IMG/VR virus record: IMGVR_UViG_3300022562_000870
Location: 4,184-68,183 of that record
DNA: 64,000 nt
Direction: 5' to 3' (one strand)
Source of the DNA: a virus
Taxonomy: Duplodnaviria; Heunggongvirae; Uroviricota; Caudoviricetes
In this document: in pieces, positions 18,614 to 28,954 of the stretch
Position numbering within the stretch: position 1 is the first letter of the stretch
How the letters are laid out: the number at the start of each line of letters is the position of its first letter
Notes under the pieces: model-generated
Databases searched by the model: none
Told to the model about the DNA's origin: nothing
Seen by the model: the letters and a program-made list of their open reading frames with translations, nothing else
Program-made: the position numbers and the translations under genes

Positions 18614-19612
18614 ATGCCTATACCAGAGGATATACAAGTCCATGTACTTGATATGGAACTTAATGGTGGATGTAATTATAAGTGTAAAATGTGTCCCCAA
18701 TCAGTCAGCCGTGAAAAAGAATTTCTTAAAAAACTGCCGCTTGATGTATTTGAAAAAGTAATAGATGATGCTATGCAATATGGTTTAAAAACTGTTACAT
18801 TGCATGGAAGTGGCGAACCTACACTCAACAAAGATATGCCAGATTTTGTTCGTGCTGTAAAAAAACGCGGATTAACTTGTATTAGTTTTACAAATGGATT
18901 AAAACTTACCGAAAAACTTTCTAAAGAACTTATCGATGCAGGGATCGATATTCTTCGCCTCTCATGTATTGGATACGATAAAGAAACTTATGAAGAATGG
19001 ATGGAACGCGGAGATTATGATTTAGTTCGCGAAAATGCAAAACGTTTTGTTGAACTAGCTAAGGGCAAAAATACCGAAATGCATATTAATCATCTCATTA
19101 TTGATAAAGATAACATAGATTATGAAATAGCCATGTATCGTAAAAATTGGGGTGAATATACTGGTGCACGTTCTGAAATGTGGTTGATGCATAATTGGAG
19201 TCATAGTGATAAGGTTGAATTAAAATATCTACGTGAAGAATTCTTAAATAAGAAAAAACTTCGTACATGTGGTAGACCATTTGCGCCATTGCTCCAAGTT
19301 AGGGCTGGTGGTTTAGATGGACATAAAGCAGCTGTAGTAGCCTGTTGTATGGTATTAGGTAAAGATAGTCAAGGCGTACTTGGTCATCTTGATACAGATT
19401 CTATCGCTGATGTTGTTAATGGTGAATTATATACGGAATTGCGCAAGGCACATGAAGAAAAGCGGTTTGATGATATATCTTATTGTAAGGGATGTGACCA
19501 ATTAATTGATACGCCAGAGGCTTTAGTGTGGTGTGATATTCCCGGCCGTGAATATGGTCAAAGCAAAAACCTTGCTACACTTAATTTTTTAAATTATTCT
19601 AAGGATAAGTAA
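18614..19612 (+). CDS. radical SAM enzyme
   Basis: CNYKCKMCP is the CxxxCxxC cluster. Additional C-terminal cysteines are consistent with an auxiliary cluster. Confidence 0.65.
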   Translation: MPIPEDIQVHVLDMELNGGCNYKCKMCPQSVSREKEFLKKLPLDVFEKVIDDAMQYGLKTVTLHGSGEPTLNKDMPDFVRAVKKRGLTCISFTNGLKLTEKLSKELIDAGIDILRLSCIGYDKETYEEWMERGDYDLVRENAKRFVELAKGKNTEMHINHLIIDKDNIDYEIAMYRKNWGEYTGARSEMWLMHNWSHSDKVELKYLREEFLNKKKLRTCGRPFAPLLQVRAGGLDGHKAAVVACCMVLGKDSQGVLGHLDTDSIADVVNGELYTELRKAHEEKRFDDISYCKGCDQLIDTPEALVWCDIPGREYGQSKNLATLNFLNYSKDK

Positions 19613-20399
19613 ATTCATAAAGACGCTTACCACTTTGGGGATATAATTGTTCCCAAAATGTACCATCTTGAATTTCTGCATGATGCCATTGACAATGAGC
19701 TAAATGCTGCAACAGGGGTAAACGTTCTGGATATCTTATATCATCCAAAGAATGTCCCGTAATACCATATGCTGCATCACCAACATCCATAGAGATAACA
19801 GGTATTCCTTCCAATAACATATCTAATGAAACTGTAGAATTTAAAACTATAGCGGCTTTAACATTTACTAGATCATCTACTAATGGATTTTGCTTACCTT
19901 TTGTAGGATGAGGACGAAATTTAACAGGTTCCTTAACCATAGCCCTAACTTCAGAATACCAATTTTCTAAACTTTTATATTTCATACATCGCGCCAAATC
20001 CGCTTGACCGCAAAGTAAAAATTGCTCGCCGCTTTTTTTCCATGGTTTTATTTGTTCTTCAGGATTCATAAATTTATGAAGGCGTGACGGTAAAACTTCT
20101 TTTACGCAATGAAATCCTAATCCATTAAATCCCGTCCAACTTAAAGAAACAATATCACCAGCAACATGGTCTTCTTTGCCAAAAAATTTTCGGTTGACCA
20201 TAATTCTTGGTTTACCGGATGCTTCTACGCCTTTCCAATGATTGGGTCCAAATAATATTGCAACATCACAATCAGGAAGATATTTTCTTTCTGAAGTTAT
20301 GCGCACGGTTATATTGTGTTTTTTAAAACCACTAGTAAAAAATTCAGACCAACGGGCGTGCCACGGAATTGACTTGTTTGCGTGGATAACAATATTCAT
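19599..20399 (-). CDS. capsule-polysaccharide-synthesis family protein; KpsS/KpsC-like candidate beta-Kdo transferase
   Basis: FRPHP (HP motif) and downstream LNSTVSLDMLLEGIPVISMD resemble the Capsule_synth (KpsC/KpsS) family. Tentative. Confidence 0.35.
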   Translation of the reverse strand: MNIVIHANKSIPWHARWSEFFTSGFKKHNITVRITSERKYLPDCDVAILFGPNHWKGVEASGKPRIMVNRKFFGKEDHVAGDIVSLSWTGFNGLGFHCVKEVLPSRLHKFMNPEEQIKPWKKSGEQFLLCGQADLARCMKYKSLENWYSEVRAMVKEPVKFRPHPTKGKQNPLVDDLVNVKAAIVLNSTVSLDMLLEGIPVISMDVGDAAYGITGHSLDDIRYPERLPLLQHLAHCQWHHAEIQDGTFWEQLYPQSGKRLYEFTYP

Positions 20400-20402
20400 T
20401 GT

Positions 20403-20975
20403 TTATATAACTTTTTTTCTACACCATGCGTTATCTGGGCCTATGATATAACCGGGTAAGAGTTCATCTGCTACTACTTTAACCGTAGGCCAGTTAATGT
20501 CGTGTCCTATTATGGTGCCAGTATCTTTAACTTTTGGTGACCATGTTAAAATATCATTGCGAACTGCTTCCGTAGAATGGTCTGCATCTATGAAAATAAA
20601 ATCCAAACTATTATCTTCTACTAATTTGGAGGCTTCTGTTGTTGTCATTCTATGAATAACTGCGCGATCCCCAAATTGTTTGGCACCCATAACTACACGC
20701 TGATAATTTTGTTCATGTGGCCACTCAATATAATTTTCTGGGCCTTCATTTTCTGGTTGCGGTTCCCACAGATCAACGCCAATCATCTTTACATCTGGAC
20801 AATTAGCAAGAACATGCAAAAATGTTCTACCTTGCCAGACACCCAATTCAGCACCAAGTTTCCAATTATTTGCCTTAACCATACTAGCTATCCATTGTTC
20901 CCTGCGCCAATGTGGTGGTACTTTTACTTGTGATTTGGCTGGATTTTTATTCCATGTTTCTATATCGTATTTCAT
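20403..20975 (-). CDS. class I SAM-dependent methyltransferase (TylF/macrocin O-methyltransferase-like)
   Basis: GAELGVWQGRTF SAM-binding motif and FIFIDADH. Confidence 0.5.
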   Translation of the reverse strand: MKYDIETWNKNPAKSQVKVPPHWRREQWIASMVKANNWKLGAELGVWQGRTFLHVLANCPDVKMIGVDLWEPQPENEGPENYIEWPHEQNYQRVVMGAKQFGDRAVIHRMTTTEASKLVEDNSLDFIFIDADHSTEAVRNDILTWSPKVKDTGTIIGHDINWPTVKVVADELLPGYIIGPDNAWCRKKVI

Positions 20976-21061
20976 TATTGTTCTTCTCCTGTGGTAATCT
21001 TGACCTTTGTCTATTTATATGATATAAATACGACCGATAATAATAACAAAAAGGTGAAATC

Positions 21062-21802
21062 ATGTCAAGAATGATCACACAATCTACATTAACTATTAAT
21101 GGGATTGATCTTAAAACCCCCAATTTACTAGAACCGCCGCCACGCGTAACTGTTGGAAAAGCTCCAGAAAAATTAATTGTTGCATGTGTGTGGTGGGGAA
21201 CATTATATCCGATTGAATATGTTAAAAGGTTATATAATTCTGTTAAACGTAACCTAACTATTCCACACGAATTCGTCTGTATAACGGATAATGAAGTTCC
21301 TGAAGGAATAACCAAAATAAAACCTCCTTTGTCAGATTCTAAAAAGGGATGGTGGCAAAAGGTAGGTTTATTTCATCCAGATTTATTTCCAACAGATGCA
21401 CGTATCCTTTATCTTGATTTAGATGTGGTAATTGTCGGATCATTAAACAATATTGCTAAGGTGCGCGAACCTTTTTGCATGATTGAAAATTATGGTCCAA
21501 ATAAAGGACATGCTGCGCACAATTCATCTGTTATGGTTTGGACACCTTCGGAAAATACATATAATATCTACAATAAATTTTCAGAAGATGTTATGCAGCA
21601 ATTGCATGGCGATCAATGTTATATTTGGCGTGTTCTTCGTGATAATATACACGATTATCCAAAAAGTTGGGTAGTATCATACAAATACGAAAAATATCCA
21701 CAATGGAATCATGCTGACAAAAATACTGCAATTTATGTATTTCATGGACAGCCCAAACCACATGAAGTAAAAGATCCACTTATAGTAGAAAATTGGAGAT
21801 AG
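21062..21802 (+). CDS. glycosyltransferase with DXD motif
   Basis: YLDLDVVIVGSL is a DxD-type nucleotide-sugar transferase signature. Confidence 0.45.
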   Translation: MSRMITQSTLTINGIDLKTPNLLEPPPRVTVGKAPEKLIVACVWWGTLYPIEYVKRLYNSVKRNLTIPHEFVCITDNEVPEGITKIKPPLSDSKKGWWQKVGLFHPDLFPTDARILYLDLDVVIVGSLNNIAKVREPFCMIENYGPNKGHAAHNSSVMVWTPSENTYNIYNKFSEDVMQQLHGDQCYIWRVLRDNIHDYPKSWVVSYKYEKYPQWNHADKNTAIYVFHGQPKPHEVKDPLIVENWR

Positions 21803-22362
21803 GAATGGTAGGGCTACCAGAACAGGAAGTACGTGCGCTTGGCGAATTACCTGAAGGAATTAGATTGCTAGAATTGGGAAATAAGAAAAATTCTGGTGGG
21901 TTATATAGAAATTGGTATATAGATAAAAATGTAAACTATTGGTGTACAGACATTAATGGTCGGGATGGTGCTATACCATGGGATATACGTGAAGAAATTC
22001 CACAAGAATTATTAGATCTTGCTCCCTTCGATTTTATAACGAATTTTGGATTTACAGAACACGTTCAAACAGATCATGGACAAGAAATGGCATGGAAAAA
22101 CATACATCTACTTTTAAAACTTGGTGGAAAATTATGTTGCACTTTGCCACAACCAGGATATAGAAAAGATCATGGAAAGGCTAGAGGATTTCCAGGCATT
22201 TATTATCCACATCCAGAATTCTTTGAAAATTATGCGGAACTAAATAGTTATATTATTGAAGACTTATGGATATCTCAAAACCATCTAGTCTGTTGTAGAA
22301 TGATTAAAAAACGAGATGGTGATTTTATAATGCCAGCAACAGGAATGTTTAAAAATGTCTGA
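21793..22362 (+). CDS. hypothetical protein
   Basis: ORF inside the cluster. Confidence 0.35.
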   Translation: MEIGMVGLPEQEVRALGELPEGIRLLELGNKKNSGGLYRNWYIDKNVNYWCTDINGRDGAIPWDIREEIPQELLDLAPFDFITNFGFTEHVQTDHGQEMAWKNIHLLLKLGGKLCCTLPQPGYRKDHGKARGFPGIYYPHPEFFENYAELNSYIIEDLWISQNHLVCCRMIKKRDGDFIMPATGMFKNV

Positions 22363-23167
22363 GTTAAAATTAACTAGCGATGAATATAAATTAACTAAAG
22401 AACAGCCGCAGCCAGAACAGGCTAACAAATTACAGCAGCGCAGAATACGGGCACAGCAACAAGCACGACAGCAGCAGCGGCGAGAACCATCAACATCTAA
22501 TAGAATTAATAAGGTGTTGGAATTCGACCCTGCGGATTATGATTATGCTTGTTATATTGTAGGCAGCGGCACGTCGATGAAAAACTTTGATTGGTCTTTA
22601 CTTGACGATCCTAAAAAATTTATCGTCGCCATCAACAACAATTATACTAAGTTACCAAGTGCGCAGATATTATATTGTACGGATGAACCATGGGTAAAAG
22701 AACATGCTGAAGATATAGAAAATTTTAACGGTGTTATATATCAGGGCGTTCTTAATTTGACTAACCCACCCAAACATCCAGTTGTTGACAAGCGTTGGCA
22801 TTTAACAGGATTTGATGGGTATGAAACAAAAGAAGGATGTTTGAAGCATGGCTCGAATTCGGCGTATGCGGCATTAAACATGTGTGCGGCGCATCTTGGA
22901 TTTAAGAAAATACACTTAGTAGGTATCGATATGAAATGGGGGCAAAAGGGAAACAGAAAAACCTCCCACTGGCATTCCGACGTTCGACCACATAAACGCA
23001 TAGACCACGAAGCAGTATACGATAAAATGATGTCTGCCTATAAAACTATAAGGCAACCCTTACTTGATGCTGGTGTTGAAGTTATAAATGTCAATACTGC
23101 AACAGGTACGGATTTGCGCGAATTCCCAATAAAATCAATAGAATCTGTATTTGGTAAGAAGACTTGA
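22355..23167 (+). CDS. DUF115/MptE-like protein (second copy) with Gln-rich N-terminus
   Basis: Core YIVGSGTSMKNF resembles the 17118 ORF. CAG-repeat-encoded QQRRIRAQQQARQQQRR stretch. Confidence 0.4.
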   Translation: MSELKLTSDEYKLTKEQPQPEQANKLQQRRIRAQQQARQQQRREPSTSNRINKVLEFDPADYDYACYIVGSGTSMKNFDWSLLDDPKKFIVAINNNYTKLPSAQILYCTDEPWVKEHAEDIENFNGVIYQGVLNLTNPPKHPVVDKRWHLTGFDGYETKEGCLKHGSNSAYAALNMCAAHLGFKKIHLVGIDMKWGQKGNRKTSHWHSDVRPHKRIDHEAVYDKMMSAYKTIRQPLLDAGVEVINVNTATGTDLREFPIKSIESVFGKKT

Positions 23168-23199
23168 CTTTAACCCCCTAATTACTATACAATTAACCT

Positions 23200-23667
23200 A
23201 TGGATATTAGCTCGAAAAAATCTGGGCCTGCTGGACAGTTATCTAATTTTACACCACGGCCATTTATGTTTAAAGGTGTTGAATGTAATTCTATGGAAGG
23301 ATTATTGCAGTCTTTTAAATTCAAAGATCCTGAAATGCAAAAGCACTGTTGCACATTAGTAGGATTTAAGGCCAAAAAATTTGGTTCAAAAAAGAACTGG
23401 CAAACCACACAAACGCTTTGGTGGCAAGGTCAACCCATTAAACGCGATTCTGAAGAATATCAAAAGCTCTTAGATGAAGCGTATGAAGCGCTTTATACTA
23501 CTAATGAAAAAGCAAAGAAAACGTTGCTTTCTACAGGTAATGCTAATTTAACACACAATATTGGTAGAACAAAAACCAGTGAAACGGTTTTAACACGGCA
23601 AGAATTTTGTTCACGTTTAATGAAAATTCGCGCTAAACTAAAGGCAGAGGAATATATAAATTTTTAA
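23200..23667 (+). CDS. NADAR-domain protein (YbiA-like; candidate ADP-ribose-removing enzyme)
   Basis: SNFTPRPF...GVECNSMEGLLQSFKF...WQGQP is the NADAR/DUF1768 pattern. Confidence 0.55.
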   Translation: MDISSKKSGPAGQLSNFTPRPFMFKGVECNSMEGLLQSFKFKDPEMQKHCCTLVGFKAKKFGSKKNWQTTQTLWWQGQPIKRDSEEYQKLLDEAYEALYTTNEKAKKTLLSTGNANLTHNIGRTKTSETVLTRQEFCSRLMKIRAKLKAEEYINF

Positions 23668-24152
23668 TGAAATCTATTAAACCACCACAAAAATACAACC
23701 CTGAAGAAGACGAGGGCTTATCAATTTTTCTAGCAGGTTCAATATCGCAAGATACAGCCGAAAGATGGCAAGAATATGTAGAACGGCGATTCGAAAATTA
23801 TGACCATATTACATTTTTAAATCCACGACGCGATGAATGGAAAGTCTCGAAGGAAATGGAAGATGCTGCATATAAAAGATATTTTACCGAACAGGTCACG
23901 TGGGAAACAGAAAATCTTGAAGCCGCCACGAGTATTTTTATGTACTTTGATCCAAATACGGTTTCACCGATATCATTATTGGAATTGGGAACATACGGAA
24001 AAAGTGAAAAAATGATGGTTTGCTGCCCAAAAGAATATTTTAGATATTACAATGTTGAATTTTTTTGTAATTATAATGGTATAACATTTTTTGATGACTT
24101 AGAAAAATCGTTGATACATTTAGAAGATTTAATCAAACTTTATATAATATGA
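23667..24152 (+). CDS. nucleoside 2-deoxyribosyltransferase-like protein
   Basis: IFLAGSISQD Rossmann-like motif, typical of the NDT/Rcl fold. Confidence 0.45.
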   Translation: MKSIKPPQKYNPEEDEGLSIFLAGSISQDTAERWQEYVERRFENYDHITFLNPRRDEWKVSKEMEDAAYKRYFTEQVTWETENLEAATSIFMYFDPNTVSPISLLELGTYGKSEKMMVCCPKEYFRYYNVEFFCNYNGITFFDDLEKSLIHLEDLIKLYII

Positions 24153-24448
24153 ACGATAAAATATGTAAATTATGTGGTAGACCTATGCCAGAAGGTTCGT
24201 TTAATACGCACCATTTGGTTCCAGCTACATTCAAAGGAAAAGAAACAATAGATTTACATATCGTTTGTCATGATAAGCTACATCATACGTTTTCGGAACG
24301 TGAAATGTTTCAATGGTATAATACGATTGAAAGAATCAAGGAACATGAAGAAATTAAAAAATTTGTAAAATGGGTTAAGAAGCAACCGCCCGAATTTTAT
24401 GCAAAACACAAAGATACACGCGATAGAAAGCGTCAACGAAAGAGGTAA
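24149..24448 (+). CDS. HNH-like nuclease
   Basis: CKLCGRP...HHLVP...CHDKLHH. Confidence 0.45.
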   Translation: MNDKICKLCGRPMPEGSFNTHHLVPATFKGKETIDLHIVCHDKLHHTFSEREMFQWYNTIERIKEHEEIKKFVKWVKKQPPEFYAKHKDTRDRKRQRKR

Positions 24449-24453
24449 AAACA

Positions 24454-25092
24454 ATGAAAGAAGTAAATTTGATAGAAAATAATATATTAACACTTATTAC
24501 TAGTGTGGCCTGTGTCACGCTTGCAAGAGAAATATTTGGAAAGCTAACTATAAACGATTACAAAACTATTCTTGAAATAATGGATAAATTTAGTGCGCAT
24601 GATGTTTTATATGATCCATCAGACGATGCTATTGTTAAAATGGTGCCAGAAGTATTACACGCGTGGATGGCTGAAATCGTACAAGAATTTGATGATAAAA
24701 CAGTTAATAATATATTAAAACGCGCTCATCCAAAAACTATAATTTTAGAAAATGGTGGATTTTTTGGTGAAAGATTGGCTCCAATTGGTACTGCTATTGA
24801 TGAATTCAAAGAAAAATACAAAGATAAAGATGGTGAAATGTTTATTATATCTAGTCCAATGTTTATATCTATTTTACAAGCGTGTATAAAAAACATTTTT
24901 GCTCCTGCTTTACAAGGTGAGTTTAAGGGACCGAATAACACAATGCTCGTTGGAACAACCGATGGTATTCCTGTTTATTCATATATTTTCAATCCGTCTT
25001 GTAAACTAGATGCGATTTTAGGATTTCGTGATTATGAAACCAACCGCATGGATATTACACCATTAGTGATAGAAAACTTAACGTTTGCTTAA
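24454..25092 (+). CDS. hypothetical protein
   Basis: ORF with no recognised family. Confidence 0.4.
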   Translation: MKEVNLIENNILTLITSVACVTLAREIFGKLTINDYKTILEIMDKFSAHDVLYDPSDDAIVKMVPEVLHAWMAEIVQEFDDKTVNNILKRAHPKTIILENGGFFGERLAPIGTAIDEFKEKYKDKDGEMFIISSPMFISILQACIKNIFAPALQGEFKGPNNTMLVGTTDGIPVYSYIFNPSCKLDAILGFRDYETNRMDITPLVIENLTFA

Positions 25093-25324
25093 TATGATAC
25101 CTACTAACTGTGCAACCTGTGGAAAACCTGTGTTTTTACCAGAAAATCCAGACGAGGAATGGCGGGATTCGCGAACCACCAAATACTGGTCTTTCGACGA
25201 AAATGGTGAAAAAAGACCCTATTGTGATGCTGCCTGTGGCCTAAAAGATTACAAAAAATAACTTGTCATTAGATTATTTTTATGCTATATTATAAAAGCT
25301 AATAATATAATAAGGATAATAATA

Positions 25325-25783
25325 ATGAAAAGTTTAATTTATCTTGCTGGGCCTATTTCTGGTCTAAGCTATGGCGAAAGCACGGATTGGCGTCAATATG
25401 TTATGGATAATTTACATGATGATGTAGAAGGATTGTCACCTTTAAGGGCAAAAGGATATTTGAAAGGAATAGAAACATTAGCCGATCAATATCGCGATTG
25501 GCCACTTTCTACACAAAAGGGAATATATGCACGCGATAAATGGGATTGTGAACGTGCGGATGTAGTTTTAGTCAACCTCTTGGGGGCTAAAACCGTTAGT
25601 ATAGGTACGGTTATGGAAATTGCATGGGCTGCACAGAAGAATACACCAATTGTTCTGGTTATGGAAGAAGATAATATCCATCAGCACGCCATGTTAAATG
25701 AAGCATGTCCGTTTATCGTAGATAGTTTGGAAAAGGCAATAGATGTTCTACACGCATTATTAATTGCGTACGATCATGAATGA
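25325..25783 (+). CDS. nucleoside 2-deoxyribosyltransferase-like protein (second copy)
   Basis: IYLAGPISG motif. Preceded by a TTGTCA-17-TATATT promoter-like sequence at 25263-25291. Confidence 0.45.
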   Translation: MKSLIYLAGPISGLSYGESTDWRQYVMDNLHDDVEGLSPLRAKGYLKGIETLADQYRDWPLSTQKGIYARDKWDCERADVVLVNLLGAKTVSIGTVMEIAWAAQKNTPIVLVMEEDNIHQHAMLNEACPFIVDSLEKAIDVLHALLIAYDHE

Positions 25784-25893
25784 TCGATTGGGCGAAATCA
25801 ACGACCTAGCAAAGCAAATTTTTGCTAATATAATTGCTAAATCTAATGATTTCGATAGGCAAACAGTATTAAAGGCGGCAATAGATTCATTTT

Positions 25894-26274
25894 ATGCTGC
25901 TGAGATGTTTTACGAATATGAAAATACTCGGAAAAATACAAAATAAGATACGTGGTTGGCACCTAAGCACGTGGTTAATAATATCCCTTATTCCACTTAA
26001 TTACCTTGATTTCAGAACTACACTTTGGTTAATGGATCATAAGGAAATGGGCGAATTTAATCCATTTTTGGATCATTTCATTTCTTTATTAGATACACCA
26101 TGGGTTATTTTTTGGTATAAACTTATTGCGTTGGCGGTGTTGTTTATACCTTACATATTGTTCTTGCGCTGGCGGCACTGTTGTCAGAAGAACTGGATGG
26201 TCTGGACTTTGGGATTTGTAAATGTTTATTATATTTCTATTGTTATTTTTAACACCTACTTAATTTTACTATAA
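25894..26274 (+). CDS. hypothetical membrane protein
   Basis: Several hydrophobic segments. Confidence 0.35.
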   Translation: MLLRCFTNMKILGKIQNKIRGWHLSTWLIISLIPLNYLDFRTTLWLMDHKEMGEFNPFLDHFISLLDTPWVIFWYKLIALAVLFIPYILFLRWRHCCQKNWMVWTLGFVNVYYISIVIFNTYLILL

Positions 26275-26552
26275 ATACTTTTATGGATGATATTGAAAAA
26301 CTTAAAAAAACTGTTAAAGAACAAAATACGCAGATTGAAAGCATGAAAAAGGCAATTAGCGTGTTACAACAGCAACTTATAGCAGTTTCAAAGAAACTTA
26401 ATCGCACATACGAATCTGGTCGTAGAAATACCAACGATATTAATACTGTATCTAGAACCCTCCAAACATTAACGCGAAGAAATTCATAGGGGTATCTAAT
26501 ATTCTTCTGATAAATAACTATAGATCATAGTTTTTATCAAGGAAATTAGAAT

Positions 26553-26999
26553 ATGCCATTTTTCGGATTTTTAAGCGCTCTTTTTAATATTAAAAAGATA
26601 TTACCATTTGTGTTACAATATTGGCGCGAATGTATGGTAGTAGGCATGGCAGCCTTGATTTGGTATCAAAATTTTAATGAAACCAGATGGTTTTTTGGTG
26701 CAGAAACAATTCCTAGCCTTGAAAAGCGCCTTGCTGGTGCAACAGACGCTGTAAGAATTTGTGAAGCCGGGAATAAAACATTATCGGCAACGATTGATAA
26801 GCGTAATGAAGAAGTAAAAAGATGGAAGGAAATCTCCGATGGACTTGAAAAAGATATAGAAAACTTACAAGTCACCATTTCTGGAATGCGCACTAAAACT
26901 AAAACGGAAGTTATAACAATTTTAAAAGACCCAACTCCACAGACGTGTGAAAAGTCAATAGATTACTTGCGCGATAGTGTAAAGGATTTAACATGGTAA
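26553..26999 (+). CDS. hypothetical membrane-anchored protein
   Basis: N-terminal transmembrane segment followed by a coiled-coil-like region. Confidence 0.4.
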   Translation: MPFFGFLSALFNIKKILPFVLQYWRECMVVGMAALIWYQNFNETRWFFGAETIPSLEKRLAGATDAVRICEAGNKTLSATIDKRNEEVKRWKEISDGLEKDIENLQVTISGMRTKTKTEVITILKDPTPQTCEKSIDYLRDSVKDLTW

Positions 27000-27352
27000 G
27001 AATAGTATTTTTAACATTATTCCTTATATTCGTAACAGGATGTGCGGAAACCATTAGGGTTAAAACCGAGGTTCAGGAAAGTATGGTGCCCGTCCTATAC
27101 TGTCCTGCTCCGCCTAAAATTGAAAGACCTGAACTACCTATTCAACAAATGACACAAGAGCAAATAGAAAAGGACGGTGAAGTTGTTAAACACTATAAGG
27201 CGACTGTTAAAACCCTTTTAGGCTATGGTAAAGAACTAGAAGCAGCTCTTATTAAATATGAAGAAATTAATAAAAAATACGAAGAAGAAAAGAAAAAGGT
27301 AGAACACGGAATTGAAATGCGGAAGAATGAAAATAAAAAGGAGCAGCAATGA
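26993..27352 (+). CDS. putative lipoprotein
   Basis: Signal peptide with a lipobox-like LIFVTGC. Confidence 0.4.
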   Translation: MVRIVFLTLFLIFVTGCAETIRVKTEVQESMVPVLYCPAPPKIERPELPIQQMTQEQIEKDGEVVKHYKATVKTLLGYGKELEAALIKYEEINKKYEEEKKKVEHGIEMRKNENKKEQQ

Positions 27353-27612
27353 AATTTATAGAATACTTACTTTCAGAAGAAATGGTTCCTGTTGCAACGG
27401 GAAATGTTCCTGGACCAAAAATGAGAGAGCGTGGAAGTGTTGAAGCATCTATACAACAAGGATTAGCAGGTATTAACGATGCTGTTGCTAAAGGTAACTG
27501 GAAATATGCGGAAAGTTTACTTGCACACATGCTTAAACAAGTTCAAACATTGGGTGCAGAATCTACTGCTCCTAATTTAGAAAAACCATCTTTCAAAATA
27601 TAAGGTATTATT

Positions 27613-27993
27613 ATGAACTTGTTAAAGGAATTGACGAGCGAATATGATTCTGAAACTATCGATGTTATAGCTATTATAACAGAAGCGGTTAAAGAATTAT
27701 ATGAAAAACGTGGAAGTTCTGGTGTAGATAATAAAACTATTAAAGATTTTATTACTGGTAATCAAGAATTAACCACGGCAGCTGCCGTAAAAGCATTTGC
27801 TGCACATGAAATGTATAAAACCAATAAACGAAATTTGGTAACATTATTTGCAAAAACACCATATGAGAAACGTATGGTTCGTAAGATTGTAGACGCGATG
27901 ACAAAATCTGGTGCTTTCAAACTACATCGTTCGCGCTATGCGGAAGGTGGTGGAAGATATTTCGAACTTAAAAAAGTTAAAGCGGGATTTTAA
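27613..27993 (+). CDS. hypothetical protein
   Basis: ORF with no recognised family. Confidence 0.35.
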   Translation: MNLLKELTSEYDSETIDVIAIITEAVKELYEKRGSSGVDNKTIKDFITGNQELTTAAAVKAFAAHEMYKTNKRNLVTLFAKTPYEKRMVRKIVDAMTKSGAFKLHRSRYAEGGGRYFELKKVKAGF

Positions 27994-28276
27994 TGATTAC
28001 TTTTAAGGAGTTTCTGATTGAAAAAACCAAAAGTGACTTTCAAAAATTGAAAGACAATCAGGTTCCGTTAACTCCAGAAGAGCGCAAAGAAGTTATGGAT
28101 AGAAAGGCGGTTTGGCATAAAGCACCTGATGGTGAAGAAAGCGTAGCCGTTTGGAAAAGTGTTAATAAGGATGGTAAGACCACTTATGTAACGCATACAC
28201 ACCGTGCGTATAATACAGCACCGACACTTAAAGGTGCAATTGGTCGTTTCCACGATTTTATTAAAGGAACCGCATA

Positions 28277-28831
28277 ATGAAGTTTTTAAAAGACCTTATG
28301 ACAATATCAGAAGCGCAAGGAAATGGTAAGAAAAAAGACTTGTCTTCACTTCCTGCTGATGTTATAAAAGAAATAAAGAAACTTATTAAAGATGGCGCAC
28401 AAGATTTAGAACATAAATGGATGAACGCCCTCGAATTGGTTCAACAAGCATACAAAGTTGCTGGTGTTGAACGCCCTACACCCGCTGAACGCAGTGCATG
28501 GGAAGAATATGAAGAAATGCTCGTGGTCGGTGTAGAAGAACTGGCCAAAGCGCGAAAAGGTCAAACGGATTGGAAAATGTCTTCAGATGTTTTTCATGAA
28601 GCCATGGAAAAGCGTATGAAAATCCGTGTATTCGAAATAGGTGATCAGTTCGCTAAAGGTCACACAGTAGAAGCTAAAAACCTTGCAGAAATCATTGAAA
28701 TGGTAAGAAAGCAAGCAGGCGAAGCTGGTTACGAAATGAATGTTGAAGAACACGATCCAAGCTGCGTCACATGTCATTTCACTATGCATGGTATAAAACG
28801 TCCATACCACGTTAAACTCCAAAGACTATAA
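28277..28831 (+). CDS. hypothetical protein
   Basis: ORF with no recognised family. Confidence 0.35.
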   Translation: MKFLKDLMTISEAQGNGKKKDLSSLPADVIKEIKKLIKDGAQDLEHKWMNALELVQQAYKVAGVERPTPAERSAWEEYEEMLVVGVEELAKARKGQTDWKMSSDVFHEAMEKRMKIRVFEIGDQFAKGHTVEAKNLAEIIEMVRKQAGEAGYEMNVEEHDPSCVTCHFTMHGIKRPYHVKLQRL

Positions 28832-28860
28832 AGTAATTTTATTGCATTTATTGACTATCA

Positions 28861-28889
28861 CTATTATAAGTGATATACTGTCTTAAGAA
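28861..28889 (+). promoter_or_regulatory. sigma70-like promoter (TTGACT-17-TATACT)
   Basis: Canonical spacing, upstream of the methyltransferase gene. Confidence 0.5.
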
Positions 28890-28954
28890 TATATTATAAG
28901 AATAGTTTATTTGTATCCAAATACTATAATAAAAATAAAAAATAGGTTACATTC

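Noticed and set aside
23833-24015. ORF 23833-24015 and other internal or antisense 60-90 aa ORFs (e.g. 9361-9588, 13300-13551, 21483-21674, 60233-60418)
   Set aside because: They are nested within longer ORFs that carry recognisable domains, so they are almost certainly non-coding frames.
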